Below are positions 1 through 12,396 of a stretch of DNA of 62,282 nt, in pieces. The stretch's first letter is position 1. Every line of letters begins with the position of its first letter. The notes beneath the pieces are model-generated. The model did no database searches. It was given only the letters and a program-made list of their open reading frames with translations, and was not told the origin of the DNA. The position numbers and the translations under genes were made by a program. The DNA comes from Tubiluchus corallicola (lineage: Eukaryota > Animalia > Priapulida): NCBI GenBank assembly GCA_030141605.1, contig JAQGDQ010001106.1, positions 1-62,282 of the forward strand, written 5' to 3'.

Positions 1-2040
1 GTATAGCAAATTAAATCAAGAGTTGAAATGTTTTTCAGTATGACAAATTAAATCAAGAGTTGTAATGTTTTCAGTATGACAAATTAAATCAAGAGTTGAA
101 ATGTTTTCAGTGTGGCAAATTAAATCAAGAGTTAAAATGTTTTCAGTATGGCAAATTAAATCAAGAGTTGAAATGTTTTCAGAATGACAAATTAAATCAA
201 GAGTTGAAATGTTTTCAGTATGGCAAATTAAATCAAGAGTTGAAATGTTTTCAGTATGACAAATTAAATCAAGAGTTGAAATGTTTTCAGTATGACAAAT
301 TAAATCAAGAGTTGAAATGTTTTCAGAATGACAAATTAAATCAAGAATTGAAATGTTTTTCAGTATGACAAATTAAATCAAGAATTGAAATGTTTTTCAG
401 TATGACAAATTAAATCAAGAGTCGAAATGTTTTCAGTATGACAAATTAAATCAAGAATTGAAATGTTTTTCAGTATGGCAAATTAAATCAAGAATTGAAA
501 TGTTTTCAGTATGGCAAATTAAATCAAGAGTTTAAATGTTTTCAGAATGACAAATTAAATCAAGAGTCGAAATGTTTTCAGTATGACAAATTAAATCAAG
601 AGTTGAAATGTTTTCAGTATGACAAATTAAATCAAGAGTCGAAATGTTTTCAGTATGACAAATTAAATCAAGAGTTGAAATGTTTTCAGTATGGCAAATT
701 AAATCAAGAATTGAAATGTTTTCAGTATGGCAAATTAAATCAAGAGTTGAAATGTTTTCAGTATGACAAATTAAATCAAGATTGAAATGTTTTCAGTATG
801 GATTAAATCAAGAATTGAAATGTTTTCAGTATGGCAAATTAAATCAAGAGTTGAAATGTTTCAGAATGACAAATTAAATCAAGAGTTGAAATGTTTTCAG
901 TATGGCAAATTAAATCAAGAGTTGAAATGTTTTCAGTATGACAAATTAAATCAAGAGTTGAAATGTTTTCAGTATGGCAAATTAAATCAAGAGTTGAAAT
1001 GTTTTCAGTATGGCAAATTAAATCAAGAGTATGACAAATTAAATCAAGAGTGAAATGTTTTCAGTATGACAAATTAAATCAAGAGTTGAAATGTTTTCAG
1101 TATGACAAATTAAATCAAGAGTTGAAATGTTTTCAGTATGGCAAATTAAATCAAGAGTGAAATGTTTCAATGCAAATTAAATCAAGAGTTGAAATGTTTC
1201 CAGTATGACAAATTAAATCAAGAATTGAAATGTTTCAGTATGGCAAATTAAATCAAAAACAATGCAAATTAATCAGTGAAATGTTTTATGCAAATTAAAT
1301 CAAGTGAAATGTTTTCAGTATGGCAAATTAAATCAAGAGTTGAAATGTTTTCAGTATGACAAATTAAATCAAGAGTTGAAATGTTTTCAGTATGGCAAAT
1401 TAAATCAAGAGTTGAAATGTTTTCAGTATGACAAATTAAATCAAGAGTTGAAATGTTTTCAGTATGGCAAATTAAATAAAAACAAAAAATCAAGAGTTGA
1501 AATGTTTTCAGTGTGACAAATTAAATCAAGAGTTGAAATGTTTTCAGTATGGCAAATTAAATCAAGAGTTGAAATGTTTCCAGTATGACAAATTAAATCA
1601 AGAATTGAAATGTTTTCAGTATGGCAAATTAAATCAAGAGTTGAAATGTTTTCAGTATGACAAATTAAATCAAGAGTTGAAATGTTTTCAGTATGGCAAA
1701 TTAAATCAAGACTTGAAATGTTTTCAGTATGGCAAATTAAATCAAGAGTTGAAGTGTTTTCAGTATGACAAATTAAATCAAGAGTTGAAATGTTTTCAGT
1801 ATGGCAAATTAAATTAAGAGTTGAAATGTTTTCAGTATGGCAAATTAAATCAAGAGTTGAAATGTTTTCAGTATGGCAAATTAAATCAAGAGTTGAAATG
1901 TTTTCAGTATGACAAATTAAATCAAGAGTTGAAATGTTTAAATCAAATTTGAAATGTTTTCAGTATGGCAAATTAAATCAAGAATTGAAATGTTTTTCAG
2001 AATGACAAATTAAATCAAGAGTTGAAATGTTTTCAGTATG
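1..2040. repeat. 36-bp tandem minisatellite (TTGAAATGTTTTCAGTATG(A/G)CAAATTAAATCAAGAG)n, intronic in INPP5A-like gene; runs off the window start
   Basis: More than 50 head-to-tail near-identical units. Frequent 1-nt indels break the apparent LKCFQYDKLNQE frame. Confidence 0.97.
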
Positions 2041-2157
2041 TCAGTTGTAAATGTAATGTATGACCGATATTCAGAACATTCACAATGTACCATTACCAAA
2101 GATAATGATTTTTATTTGAGTTTTTATATGTATTGTTTTTGTTTATTATTACTATAG

Positions 2158-2250
2158 CGACTAACAGTGCAGACTACACCGGTTTATGTAAAAACTAGCA
2201 AGAATGAACTGAAAAGGGTCCTATACAAGGAAAAGGGTAACGAGGAAAAG
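2158..2250 (+). CDS. INPP5A: INPP5A-like (type I IP3 5-phosphatase) internal exon: RLTVQTTPVYVKTSKNELKRVLYKEKGNEEK
   Basis: T-rich tract plus TAG acceptor at 2155-2157 and GTATGA donor at 2251. 93 nt, phase 0/0, joins in frame to the next exon. Its position matches the segment before KVMLQLEKK in human INPP5A as recalled. Upstream exons lie outside the window. Confidence 0.8.
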
Positions 2251-3154
2251 GTATGATTTCAATTCTCTTGTTTTATTGTAAAGTAATCCGTGACCAGGGT
2301 GGAATGATCCTATAGGCTGCTCAGCCTAGGCTCTTCAAGCTTTGATAACATTTGATAAAAAGTTGTTTTTTCTCTCTCTGGGGGGGGGGGGGGTGAGGTG
2401 AAATATGTGCTGATTTGGTTTGCAATAAACAATAAAATAGTGGCATTAAGTGAATTTGCAATAAGTTTAGTTCAAGCTATGTTAAATATATCACGAATAA
2501 AAAATATTCAAAAATGGAGGTGGTTAGTTAGAGGGTGGCTCCGCCTGCAGGTTCCCCTTAATTTCATTAGCCCGGGGCCCCCAAAAGGTCATTGGGGGTT
2601 ATCTGACCCAGTTCCTGGCACTTTTTATTGCAGTCTAAGCATTCAGCTGCTTATTTATCAATTGTCAAATTGGCACTGTTAATAAACTGGGTTACTTTAT
2701 AAAATTTCGAATTATGCGTGATTGCGTGTGTGTCTGTATTTCTCCTACGTACATTTCGGTCGTTGCACCTGCAATGTTACAACTTGTTCTAATGATGAAA
2801 CTTTTAACGACGGTGTGGTGCACTTTGTGCCCCTTGGTAAATGTGGCGAAGTTAATTAGCTCCGTGCAAGAATCACCACTTCAATTTGAGAACACCACTT
2901 CGCCTTCTACTCACTAAGCAATTTTAAATTGGCCCGACAAGATTTCGCAGTAGTGCAGAGACTGTAAGAGTTTCAGCACTCTAGGCGTGGAATGTCATCT
3001 CCAAGTATTCCATATACTTGCTTTTCTTAAATTTCTGTATTCTCAAATACGGTGCGACGATTTTTTTCATATATTTATAGGATATTATTGCTGGTATATC
3101 AGTATAGCCTAAACCTTCTTGTAGTCTATATATGTAGATTTGATACATCATGAT

Positions 3155-3290
3155 CCTTACAGTTACCTTTACCTTACCTTACAGTTATCTTTGCCTTACC
3201 TTACAATTATCTTTACCTTACCTTACAGTTATCTTTACCTTACCTTACAATTATCTTTGCCTTACCTTACAATTATCTTTACCTTTCCTT
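3155..3290. repeat. 22-bp tandem repeat (CCTTACAGTTATCTTTACCTTA)
   Basis: About 6 adjacent copies. Confidence 0.9.
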
Positions 3291-4581
3291 CACAAATTAC
3301 AGTTACTATACTTTCTTAAACTTTTTGTAAAAAACATTGAGTACTTTTTCTGCATGTTCAGCTTCAGCTTAGTTGTTTCTGTACTCGGCCCTCATATTCT
3401 GGAAACACTTTCACAAATTCACTCAAGTTAAACAACTATGAAAGAAATAACTGGAGTTGTGCATTATATTATATTAGTAGAAAGTACGAAATCGTTCGTT
3501 CAAAATATACATTGCAATTATTGATACAATGTTAAAATAGTAAGTCACACATTTGAAATGTATAATGCATTACTTTAAAATGACATACTTCATTGTAGGG
3601 AATACAAAATCTGATTATCTATGTAAGATTCTTGTTCATAAATAGCATAACATGCAATAATTATGAAGTAAAATTTATTTTTAGGAAATCTTTAGTTTGT
3701 AAGACTTTTGCAAATTTGAATCTTTTACTAGAGTTAAATTAGATTTTATTTTAAAAGACTTAATACTGCCCTCTTTCACTTTATCATTCAACCACTGCGA
3801 ATTCATTAATGTTTAAATAAGGGCAACGTGTAAAGGACCCCATGGTCGTACGTTGCCCTCGCATTTGGCTTGCTTCCATTAGTTCTTTTATGTTATTGTT
3901 GTGTTGAACCATGTGTATGAAATAAAATCATCTATCTATCTATCTATCTATCTACCTTGAAAGAACAAACAAGTGAATAGTTATTGAGCAGTAAGTGACT
4001 GTGTGAGTGACTAAATAAATGTGTTAATGGATAAGTGAATTTAACAAATTAAATAAGTACGTGTAGGTAAACGTACGTAAAAGCAAGTAAAGACATGAAT
4101 AAAATAAATACATGAATGAGTATTAGAGAGTGAGTGTATGAGTGAGTGAATTTTTATATCATCCCATATATGAGCTTCATTCATTACATCATTCCATTTT
4201 AAGCACTAATGTTTTTTTATCACGATTCACTTTAAATTTTCAGATTATTTCCATTACTTTTTTCTATCACTGTGTGGGACAATCTAACAAGCCCTGCTTT
4301 TTGACTTCAAACAACACATTTACCTTCGTATAGGTGAACAGTGTTTGAGGCTTTTCCTGTGCAGTATTTCTTATTTGTATTATGTTCATTGTAGGCCCTT
4401 TCACTAGATATTGTACATGAAACTATTGTAAATGTGTAATGTGAAATAAATGACTTATGACTTATGAGTGAGTGAACAACTAGCTAGGTAAGATCAGTTG
4501 ATAGACAATACAGAATCTGAAGCTGCTATGCAGAGATCATGTAATGAAGAAGCAAATGTTTTTACACACTTTCACTTTTAG

Positions 4582-4662
4582 GTGGTATTAACCATTGAGA
4601 AGAAGGTGTTTGACCACCACGATAAACATGACAGTGCCTTTATTAAAGACAATGGCAAGTGG
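4582..4662 (+). CDS. INPP5A: INPP5A-like exon: VVLTIEKKVFDHHDKHDSAFIKDNGKW
   Basis: ttcacttttag acceptor and GTGAGT donor; 81 nt. Resembles human VMLQLEKKLFDYFNQEVFRDNNG. Confidence 0.9.
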
Positions 4663-5104
4663 GTGAGTAAACAATGCGATGTGCAAAACAACGAAACAAC
4701 GAAAAATATTATTATTATTAGGAAAGCTTCGTTACTGCTTTAGAGTTGCATACAGAACCATGTCGGTATATTGGCGTCTGGTTTTGACAACGTCACATGT
4801 GTCGACTCCGGGGATCGTATTTTCATTGCTGTCTTGTGCTGATTTTTTTTTCAAGCAACATGCAACATTTGCGTGCAACATGTGCTTCAAATTAAACTGA
4901 AGTTGTGCCATTGCAGTAAGCGAACCAATGTGTTCACGTGTCTAAAGAACGAGTGGATGGGGGGCTTGGACAGGAGTAATGTTCTTACAACTAATTCATT
5001 ATTATTAGGCTTCAAAGAAATGCCGTTTAAAATACATATTTTTTCTAAATTGCTTTTTAGTTGAAAATGAATAACGTGTCAAAATTAAGTTTTTCTGTTT
5101 TTAG

Positions 5105-5178
5105 CTTTCAGATTTTGATAATGAAACCAGTGCATTCCAGGATCAGCTGTATGAGTATCCTGTTGCTTTCCCTCCAAC
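5105..5178 (+). CDS. INPP5A: INPP5A-like exon: LSDFDNETSAFQDQLYEYPVAFPP(T)
   Basis: ttttctgtttttag acceptor and GTAAGG donor; 74 nt, phase 0/2. Resembles LLEFDKELSVFKDRLYELDISFPPS. Confidence 0.92.
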
Positions 5179-5243
5179 GTAAGGAATATTTGTTCATTAT
5201 GTCAGTAATTTTAAAAATATTCCTCTCTTGCTTGTGCGTGTCG

Positions 5244-5779
5244 CTAAAGGAAGACCGGCCGGTTGTTTATACTCATCTCATTTTAATTTACTGTCCAAAA
5301 TATTCATTTTCTTGCCTATAAAAGTTAACAATTGATTCTTATATTTGAATAATTAGCTTAGAAAGTTAATTAACGGCAACCGAACACAGCTGTTGGTTAC
5401 GTCAGAAACTAACCACAGTTTGTGCAATGACAGGCGTCTTCCCTTGCGTGTCAAGCACATCTGCACAAGTGTTACAGTACTGTTTAAACGCATGATGTCA
5501 CGAAAAATGGGCTTTACGTCATATGACGTCACAAACTAACACTGCAGTTCATGATCATGCTTATCACGGTACCGCTTTTTATTTGTCGGGCACGCGCACA
5601 TGACAAATAGCGCCACTGCCAATCTTAGTAGATTCACTGAGCCGCATGTAGCTTTGACATTTTAATGAAATTTGACTATCTGAGGTAATTGATTTAAAAA
5701 AAGCTATTGTAGTTTTCAATATTTTAGAGCATTCTTTATTCTGTACAAATGTTTACACAATCATCCGGTTTTCCTTTAA
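5244..5779 (+). mobile_element. Kolobok-like non-autonomous DNA transposon (MITE family A), copy 1
   Basis: TIRs AGGAAGACCGG.../...CAATCATCCGGTTTTCCT, flanked by (C/T)TAA...TTAA; multiple copies in the window. A TTAA TSD with purine-purine termini fits Kolobok. Confidence 0.85.
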
Positions 5780-6203
5780 TGTAGTACTACTATTTAGGGA
5801 TCCGCCTTTGCAGTGTATATTGTGCTGAAAGTTGTTATTTTTTGAACTAATAACTGTGATTGTTGTGAAAAGGGCTGTTCTACTTTGTTAGCTGCACCTT
5901 AAATTTATGTGTGTGATAGTTAATTGTTGTTGTTGTGTGTTTTTGAATATGAACTATATATTTGGAAGGAAGAATAAATTATATGAAATCAAATCCGTTA
6001 ACTTTGCTAACAATTTGTGCATTTAAAAATAAAAATGCATCATCTTCTTATCAACCCAATAGTCATATGGTTAGTTGTTATTGTTTAATACAAATCATTA
6101 AGTTTGATAATTCTTGCTCATCACTGTTGAAATCCATTGTGAAACTAGAAAAGACATGCATAGTTCAAACACTTTCTAGAGCTGCTAATTTAATTGTTTT
6201 CAG

Positions 6204-6315
6204 TTATCCTTACTCAGAAGATGTGAATGTTGCTAATCTATACATGAAGACACGCTGCGTAGCCTGGTGTGACAGAATATTTCCTTCAGTTAGCGCAAAA
6301 CGGATTATAGACGAG
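6204..6315 (+). CDS. INPP5A: INPP5A-like exon with 5-phosphatase catalytic motif: YPYSEDVNVANLYMKTRCVAWCDRIFPSVSAKRIIDE
   Basis: gttttcag acceptor, phase 2/0, GTACTG donor. YPYSED...YMxTRCxAWCDRI is the type I 5-phosphatase signature. Confidence 0.95.
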
Positions 6316-6713
6316 GTACTGATCACATACTAAAATGTAGAGTGATGTAATGGCATATCTAGGCACTAATAACCTTTGAGTTTAATGTACAGATTTTTAT
6401 GTGACAATGTTCTACATCTCTTCATCTCCGTTGTCGTCACCTGAGCCGTCACAGATATTTCCGCAACTTCTTCTCCAATGTTTCTGAGGACAATAAACTG
6501 GCATGCAATGTTTGAATCTTGTTTTGTGCACACGTCCTTGGTATTCAAGTTTTTCCATGTTGAGCTGTATAGATATACTATTCATTTAACATTTGTTTTG
6601 GTTAATGTACAATGAACATTTTTATATTTATGGCAAAATGTGCAAAGTGCATTGCAGTATAAGGAGAGCAGATACTGTTACTTTTCTACATGTATCCTTT
6701 CTTCTTTTTGTAG

Positions 6714-6770
6714 GGTAAACCAATAGAATACAGCGTTATAGGTTCTGATATTTGCATGGGAGACCACAAG
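6714..6770 (+). CDS. INPP5A: INPP5A-like exon: GKPIEYSVIGSDICMGDHK
   Basis: Strong polypyrimidine tract plus TAG, and GTAATG donor; 57 nt. CMGDHK joins PVYL of the next exon to form the conserved GDHKPV motif. Confidence 0.95.
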
Positions 6771-7060
6771 GTAATGCTAATAATAAACTAGTTGACTATT
6801 AAGTATTTTTTACAGTTGCTGAAATTTATGTAATCGTGGTGACCTACTACAGGGGGCGTAGATAGGTAGAGTTTGGTTGGTTGAGTTTGCAAAGTAGCAT
6901 GAGGGAAGTTAAAACTGTCAATGATAGATTAGGTATTAATATAAAACAATGTTAAATGCCCTTGTAGTCTCAAAATAATTTTATTTTTATTTCTTACAGA
7001 AAGATAGTAAGGAGAGCTCTTTCATATTTTGATAGATCGGGTAATTTAAGAAGTAATGTG

Positions 7061-7199
7061 TTGCTGTAGTAGCATTTACCGCACAACAATGAAACATGCC
7101 TGTTATAGTTTAACAAACAACATATTCCATTGCTGTAGTAGCATTGACTGCACAACAATGAAACATGCCTGTTATAGTTTAACAAACAACATATTCCAT
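7061..7199. repeat. 69-bp tandem duplication
   Basis: ttgctgtagtagcatt...caacatattcca at 7061 and 7130. Confidence 0.9.
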
Positions 7200-7687
7200 A
7201 ACTTGGTACCCAGTTAGTTTTTTGGTAATGTGAACGCCATTTACAAGTTTGCTGAGTATTTTTACCTTCTACCAAACTACATTTAGAAGAGGTTAACTCG
7301 TATTCCTGTAACTTAAGGATTTTTATTTCCATCGAGGAGCTCAGTTTGACTTGTGGTGATTCGCAGTGATGCAATGACAGTAGACTGCCTTAATTTTTGG
7401 TCATTAAGAGGAAGCTTTACAAGCAAGCTAACTTTATGTAGCAGAGTTGAGGGAAATAGCTAAGTGGTCTTGATGTTAAGCAATGTTCCATTGAGAATCA
7501 TTCCAGGGAAACAGCATCTGGACAGTTTCATCTGCCTTACTGCCTTTGGCTGTTTCTGTAGTTGAATGACAGTGTATGTGCATTTAAAACTCACTAAGAC
7601 AGTTGTGTCGATTCAATATCTCTTCTTAGATGGTTATCCTTGATAATTACAAAGGTTCCAGTTGTGCCACAAGCATCAATCGAACGA

Positions 7688-8033
7688 CACATTCAGACTA
7701 ACGAGTTTTCTTGCCAGGTTAGCTCACCAAGTAACTCGTCAAGTAACTTGTAAGCAGACTTGTAGTGTTCAGACTAGAGAGCAAAATTTGCTGTGAGTTA
7801 CTCTCAGACAGTAAGCGTGAGCTGACATTCTCTTCTCTCTATTCACTGCAAGAAGTGTCAAGAGTAACTTGCTAAGGTGTTCACACTAAACAGTAATTTG
7901 CAGGTAATCAACTCACAGCAACTGTCGGAGAATTTGCAATAACTTGGTGACAGTAACTCACCAAAAAGTTCACACTTGCGAGCCTTCTCTCATAGAGAAG
8001 ACTTACAATAGAAAATTTGTTCTTGTGAATGCA
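7688..8033. mobile_element. Possible degenerate MITE (PIF/Harbinger-like) with internal GTTCA(C/G)ACT subrepeats
   Basis: Imperfect terminal inverted repeat (cattcagactaacgagttttct / agaaaatttgttcttgtgaatg) and four internal TTCA(C/G)ACT motifs. Confidence 0.35.
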
Positions 8034-8699
8034 TCACAACATTAACAAGTAGGTGAGAGTTAACTACTGGCTTGCAGTATATTGAACTGTGTAAAGCATG
8101 TAATAGAGGCGACAGAGTAAAATGTCACTTGTATATCTTATGATGACATGTCCGTGTTCTGCCACATCTGACACGTTTCATTTTGGGCCAAGCTTCATTT
8201 ACGTCAATAGTTCAGTGTCAAGGCTTTGAAGCTGTTGACAAAATACTTTGGTGTATCTTTTTCAGCCCAGAAGGAGCTCTTGTTAGTGTCTTTCCATGAA
8301 CTTGTCAATGTTGGTTTGACGTATAGAAATAAAATACGATTGTAACGTGCAATAATTTTTAATTAAATTCGCAGTTTAGTGGTAACGACAGAGCAAAGGA
8401 AAAATTCCATTCAAATCTATGCAAAATTTTTTCACTGATAAGTTTTCGTCACCCTCTCACACTCATTACATCCTCTTCAAGTAGTGAGTATAAGAAATTA
8501 AAGCATCAGCCATTTTAATGAATTTAAACTCGAAATAAACACCGAGGCTGGTATTCTGAAAAGTTTGCATATTTCAGTTTTTTCTGTGAGAACACTGAAA
8601 AGTCCCAAAAGTCTTAAGGTGCTTACTAGACACGTGATTAGTCTGTAGGCTAAATTAGGCTTTTGTTGTAGCAAAAGGCAGATAACTCAAAAACCAGGC

Positions 8700-9370
8700 T
8701 TTTAATCGTATATATTAATTTCACTGGTATTGAATCGGGCCCACCGGAAGGAACGGGGGGCGAAAAACCTCCAGAAATAGCCATTTTTTGGCCATTTTTT
8801 TGCAAAACTTATACCTCTTATTTCTGGAGAATGGGAACGGGCCAGGGGCAGTGCCAGCCTTAGATAGATAGCCCGTTCAACGGTGGGTGTAGTAGGTGTA
8901 TTTAGAATTCGCGAGAGAGTATTTAGAATATCCACAGCGTCCCATAATGGACATTTTCCCAAACCCAACTCGCGATTTTTTCTAAATTTTGGTCAAACAG
9001 CCTGTTGAAAAAACGTTCTAACGGCGCCTGGTGGGACTCTCGAAAGGAGATATATAGCTCTTTAGAAAGAGCAAGAACAGGGCTACACGATGGTGTGGGC
9101 CATGTTTTAGAACACGTCCACCAAGAGGAGTGCCGACGAGTTAATTAGATGTTCTATTTTCGGCAATTTTCGCTTGGAAAACTGCTGACGCAAAGCCATT
9201 GTTGTGACGTCATCCATTATACTCTGTTTATAACTTTAATTCAGTAAAAGCTGTTTTACTGCTGGCTTTGTGTTAGGTAAGTAAAAGAACACTAGGTAGG
9301 ATGTTCGCGTATTTTTGATTATGAGTGTATTGATACGCAAACTTTTTTGCGGGGCCTTTGCTAGTTATCG
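8700..9370 (+). mobile_element. Unclassified interspersed element (family E); homologous to 20550-21510 in inverted orientation
   Basis: Blocks such as aaacgttcta.cggc.c.tggtggg...gaaggagat.tat.gctct and ttttttgcggggcctttgc recur as reverse complement at 20550-21350. Boundaries are approximate. Confidence 0.7.
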
Positions 9371-10063
9371 ATTAGCAATTTAAGTTTTAGAAACGTTTTT
9401 CTTAAATAATTACTTGAAAAGTTGTGCAGTTGGTCATGTAGTCAAGAAAATGTTTTACTGATATATTCTTCAAAATAAGTGAAATTTGAATTGCAGCATT
9501 TGCCATTACAGAAATCATTTGAAGTCGTTCGAGTAGTTCTTAAGCTTTAATGCTCTGAAGTAATTATAGCAAAGTAAAATTTACGATATTTGATTTGCTT
9601 GACTTGTTTGACTTGCTTGCTAATGTTTGCCTCCAAAGATCTCTAAAATATAGAAGATACAGTTTATAATTTACTTACTGGTATTAAATGATTAAGGCCT
9701 AGGGTACTACCACTGTGTTACCAATTTTAACCAGTTTAAGGAACCGGAATTCATCTGTTTTTATTGCCAAAGTTTTTTTCAAAAGCGCTAAAACCCAGAA
9801 GATTCATCAGCTTTGCCTCGGACCCAGGTGCTAATCCCCTGAGACCCTAGTTATTATGCCTAGGTGCACCTGTATTCCTTAATTTGCCACTTTCCAGACT
9901 CATTCTTTTCAGGTTTCCCATATTGCCTCACTGCATGACCGTATTGTTATTTATGAGTGTCTTCAGAAAATGTGATGCTCGCATCTTGCTAAAAACTAAT
10001 AGCAAAAGATGAAAAGATTACATAAGAATTTGATGATTATTAATTTTTTCTTGTTTTATGCAG

Positions 10064-10708
10064 CCAGTATACCTGAGGTTTAACATGCTGTATAGTCCAT
10101 CGTCAGGTGAGATAAGCCCGGAGGAAGTCATCCAAGTTGCTCAGTCCATCAGTCTTGCTGCTGAGCCGTGCAGCGACCAAGCGAACGTCCAGCCTAAACG
10201 GCAGCTCACTATTAACGGCCAGGTGGTGGAAGATAGTTCCATTCACAGTGTTAACATCCACACTAATGCTGTGTTTGTGGCTGTAAGCGCTTTTGCCTCG
10301 CACTTTAGAATGGTGAAAACGAAACAGCGCACGAAGTCCGGACACAGTTCGGACGAGATTTCCAGCGAAGACGAAACCGAAATCGTCTGTCAAAAGCTGG
10401 ACGAAGGCATTAAGCCGAAAGGGCGAATTTGGCGAGCGCTGTCAAAAAAACATAGGCATGAAAAGAAAAATGGCGACCGTGCAAAAAAGTCCGAAGTGCA
10501 TGATTCTAATCCCGATCCATTTACTAAACCGACTAGTAAATTCGATGATGCCCCCGCAGTCAAAGAAACTGCTGAAAACACTTCTAACAGCGGCCAGCAG
10601 AAGGCTGTTGGTGAAAGCAAAACGCATGATGTTGAAACAGTAAAGAGCAAGAAGGATGATGTTGAACCATCCAGATCAAATCGACGTAGTGCATGCAGTG
10701 TATTGTAG
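10064..10708 (+). CDS. INPP5A: INPP5A-like terminal exon, read-through form: PVYLRFNMLYSPSSGEISPEE...SRSNRRSACSVL* (CaaX end); internal donor at 10106/10107
   Basis: ttttttcttgttttatgcag acceptor. PVYL completes GDHKPV. A 214-codon open, relatively GC-rich frame ends in C-S-V-L-stop preceded by basic residues; mammalian INPP5A also ends in a CaaX box. Confidence 0.85.
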   Translation, partial: PVYLRFNMLYSPSSGEISPEEVIQVAQSISLAAEPCSDQANVQPKRQLTINGQVVEDSSIHSVNIHTNAVFVAVSAFASHFRMVKTKQRTKSGHSSDEISSEDETEIVCQKLDEGIKPKGRIWRALSKKHRHEKKNGDRAKKSEVHDSNPDPFTKPTSKFDDAPAVKETAENTSNSGQQKAVGESKTHDVETVKSKKDDVEPSRSNRRSACSVL

Positions 10709-11278
10709 ATGTCAGCAGCAGCAGCAGCAGCTACGCATGGTGTGTTTTTGTTTGTTGCTTTTGTTTATTTATTTTTGGCAGCAACTTTAGATTTTGCCAT
10801 GTGCACAGCTTTGTGTGATATTTGCATGTAAACTTGCTGCCCTTAAGTAATTTTACACTTGTGTAATGCTATTAAATTTTCCTAACAACATTTAATTTAA
10901 TTTAGTTTAGTAAGACATTTGTTATTTTTTATTGGCTATAAATGTTTCAAAACTGGATACTTTTAGTGCCACATTCTCAAATATTAATTCTCTTGTTGCT
11001 AAAAGAACAATTTACTCTATTGACACATTCTGAAATTTCACTTAAACTCTATGCCACTATGCTATCAAAAAACTGCGTATTATAGTTAATCTTATATCTA
11101 GCCAAAGTAGACTATTTTCATTTCATAAAAATGTTTGTATTTTTCATTACTTGTACATTATTTTTGCATTTTACTGAAATGTTACCTAATTATTTATGTG
11201 TTTCAACTGAGTTTTTGCATCAAAGTGAAGTTTTTAATGTCATGCAGCATTTTATTTTACTGCGTATGCTAAAATATG

Positions 11279-11487
11279 TAGTAATGTTGATGCTCTGAAG
11301 CCTATATTGTCGAATTCAAACTGACCTCAAATCTCCTGCTGGAATCTGTATCTCTTGTACTGTTCCTTGGTGTAAGCTGTTATAGTAATGTTGATGCTCT
11401 GAAGCCTATATTGTCGAATTCAAACTGACCACAAATCTCCTGCTGGAATCTGTATCTCTTGTACCGTTCCTTGGTGAAAGCTGTTAT
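11279..11487. repeat. 104-bp tandem duplication
   Basis: gtaatgttgatgctctgaagcc... at 11281 and 11385, near-identical. Confidence 0.92.
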
Positions 11488-12121
11488 TGTTGTCCTTTTA
11501 CTCATAACGTACTTGCGCCAAATCGTATTTGGTATGTCAGATCGCCATTCAAAACCATTATAATGATCTTTAGCACACTCCCGCTTTAAATGTGTATGAC
11601 TGTGTTCTGGCTATACACTGTAACTCAGTGTCAGTAAAGTTTACAAAAGCAGCTTAGCAATCTGTGTACAGAGGACTGATTCTGAGCTGAGCTGATTGTT
11701 GCATTCATTATCAGCGCATTGCACACTCCAAAATTTTGCTCCTTTAGCTGTTCTGTGATTATGAGTTACCAACGTAAGAGAAGCCGGCTTTTGTCATCTA
11801 AAATGTAATTTTCTAGAAACCTGTAACATTTCAACGATTAGATGCTTTCAGAATAGAAGGATTCTCAGCCTAATCTTGCTTTCAGGCAGTGAATGCTTGT
11901 GATTATTACACAACATTCGCTTGAAATCTTAAATAGAAATTGAGCTTTAATGTAGTTTACAGAGTCTGGCTTCTGCTTGTATTCGACACAGAGCATCATT
12001 GCATACACAAATACTGTTCAACATAGAATTGTTAAGATGCACATTAAATTATTTATTAATTTTGTGCTATATGGCATGGCATGTTAAAAAATCTGTTAAG
12101 ATCGGACAGACAGGCTTGCCA

Positions 12122-12396
12122 TACATTTTCTCTCACAGGACATGAACTTTGGTCACTACATTTCCTCTCACAGGACATGAACTTTGGTGACTACATTTCC
12201 TCTCACAGGAGATGAACTTTGGTCACTACATTTTCTCTCACAGAACATGAACTTTGGTCACTACATTTCCTCTTACAGGATATGAACTTTGGTCACTACA
12301 TTTCCTCTCACAGGACATGAACTTTGGTCACTACATTTCCTCTCACAGGACATCAACTTTGGTCACTACATTTCCTCTCGCAAAAAATGAACTTTG
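12122..12396. repeat. 35-bp minisatellite (TACATTTCCTCTCACAGGACATGAACTTTGGTCAC), about 8 copies
   Basis: Direct tandem copies. Confidence 0.95.

Noticed and set aside
1-2040. ORFs encoding (LKCFQYDKLNQE)n, or a CRISPR-like 36-bp repeat
   Set aside because: Units are contiguous with no unique spacers and there are no cas genes. Indels repeatedly break the frame, and the array lies in an intron. The open frames arise because the unit length is a multiple of 3.
9900-9975. Alternative acceptor cattcttttcAG giving VSHIASLHDRIVIYECLQKM*
   Set aside because: It would destroy the conserved GDHKPV motif and gives no recognisable terminal signal; there is no supporting evidence.
10263-10315. Internal acceptor (ctaat...ttttgcctcgcactttAG at 10308) making 10107-10308 an intron
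   Set aside because: The phase does not match the CaaX frame; it would give ...PSSEW*. The skipped segment is open and coding-like. A minor anchorless isoform cannot be excluded without RNA data.
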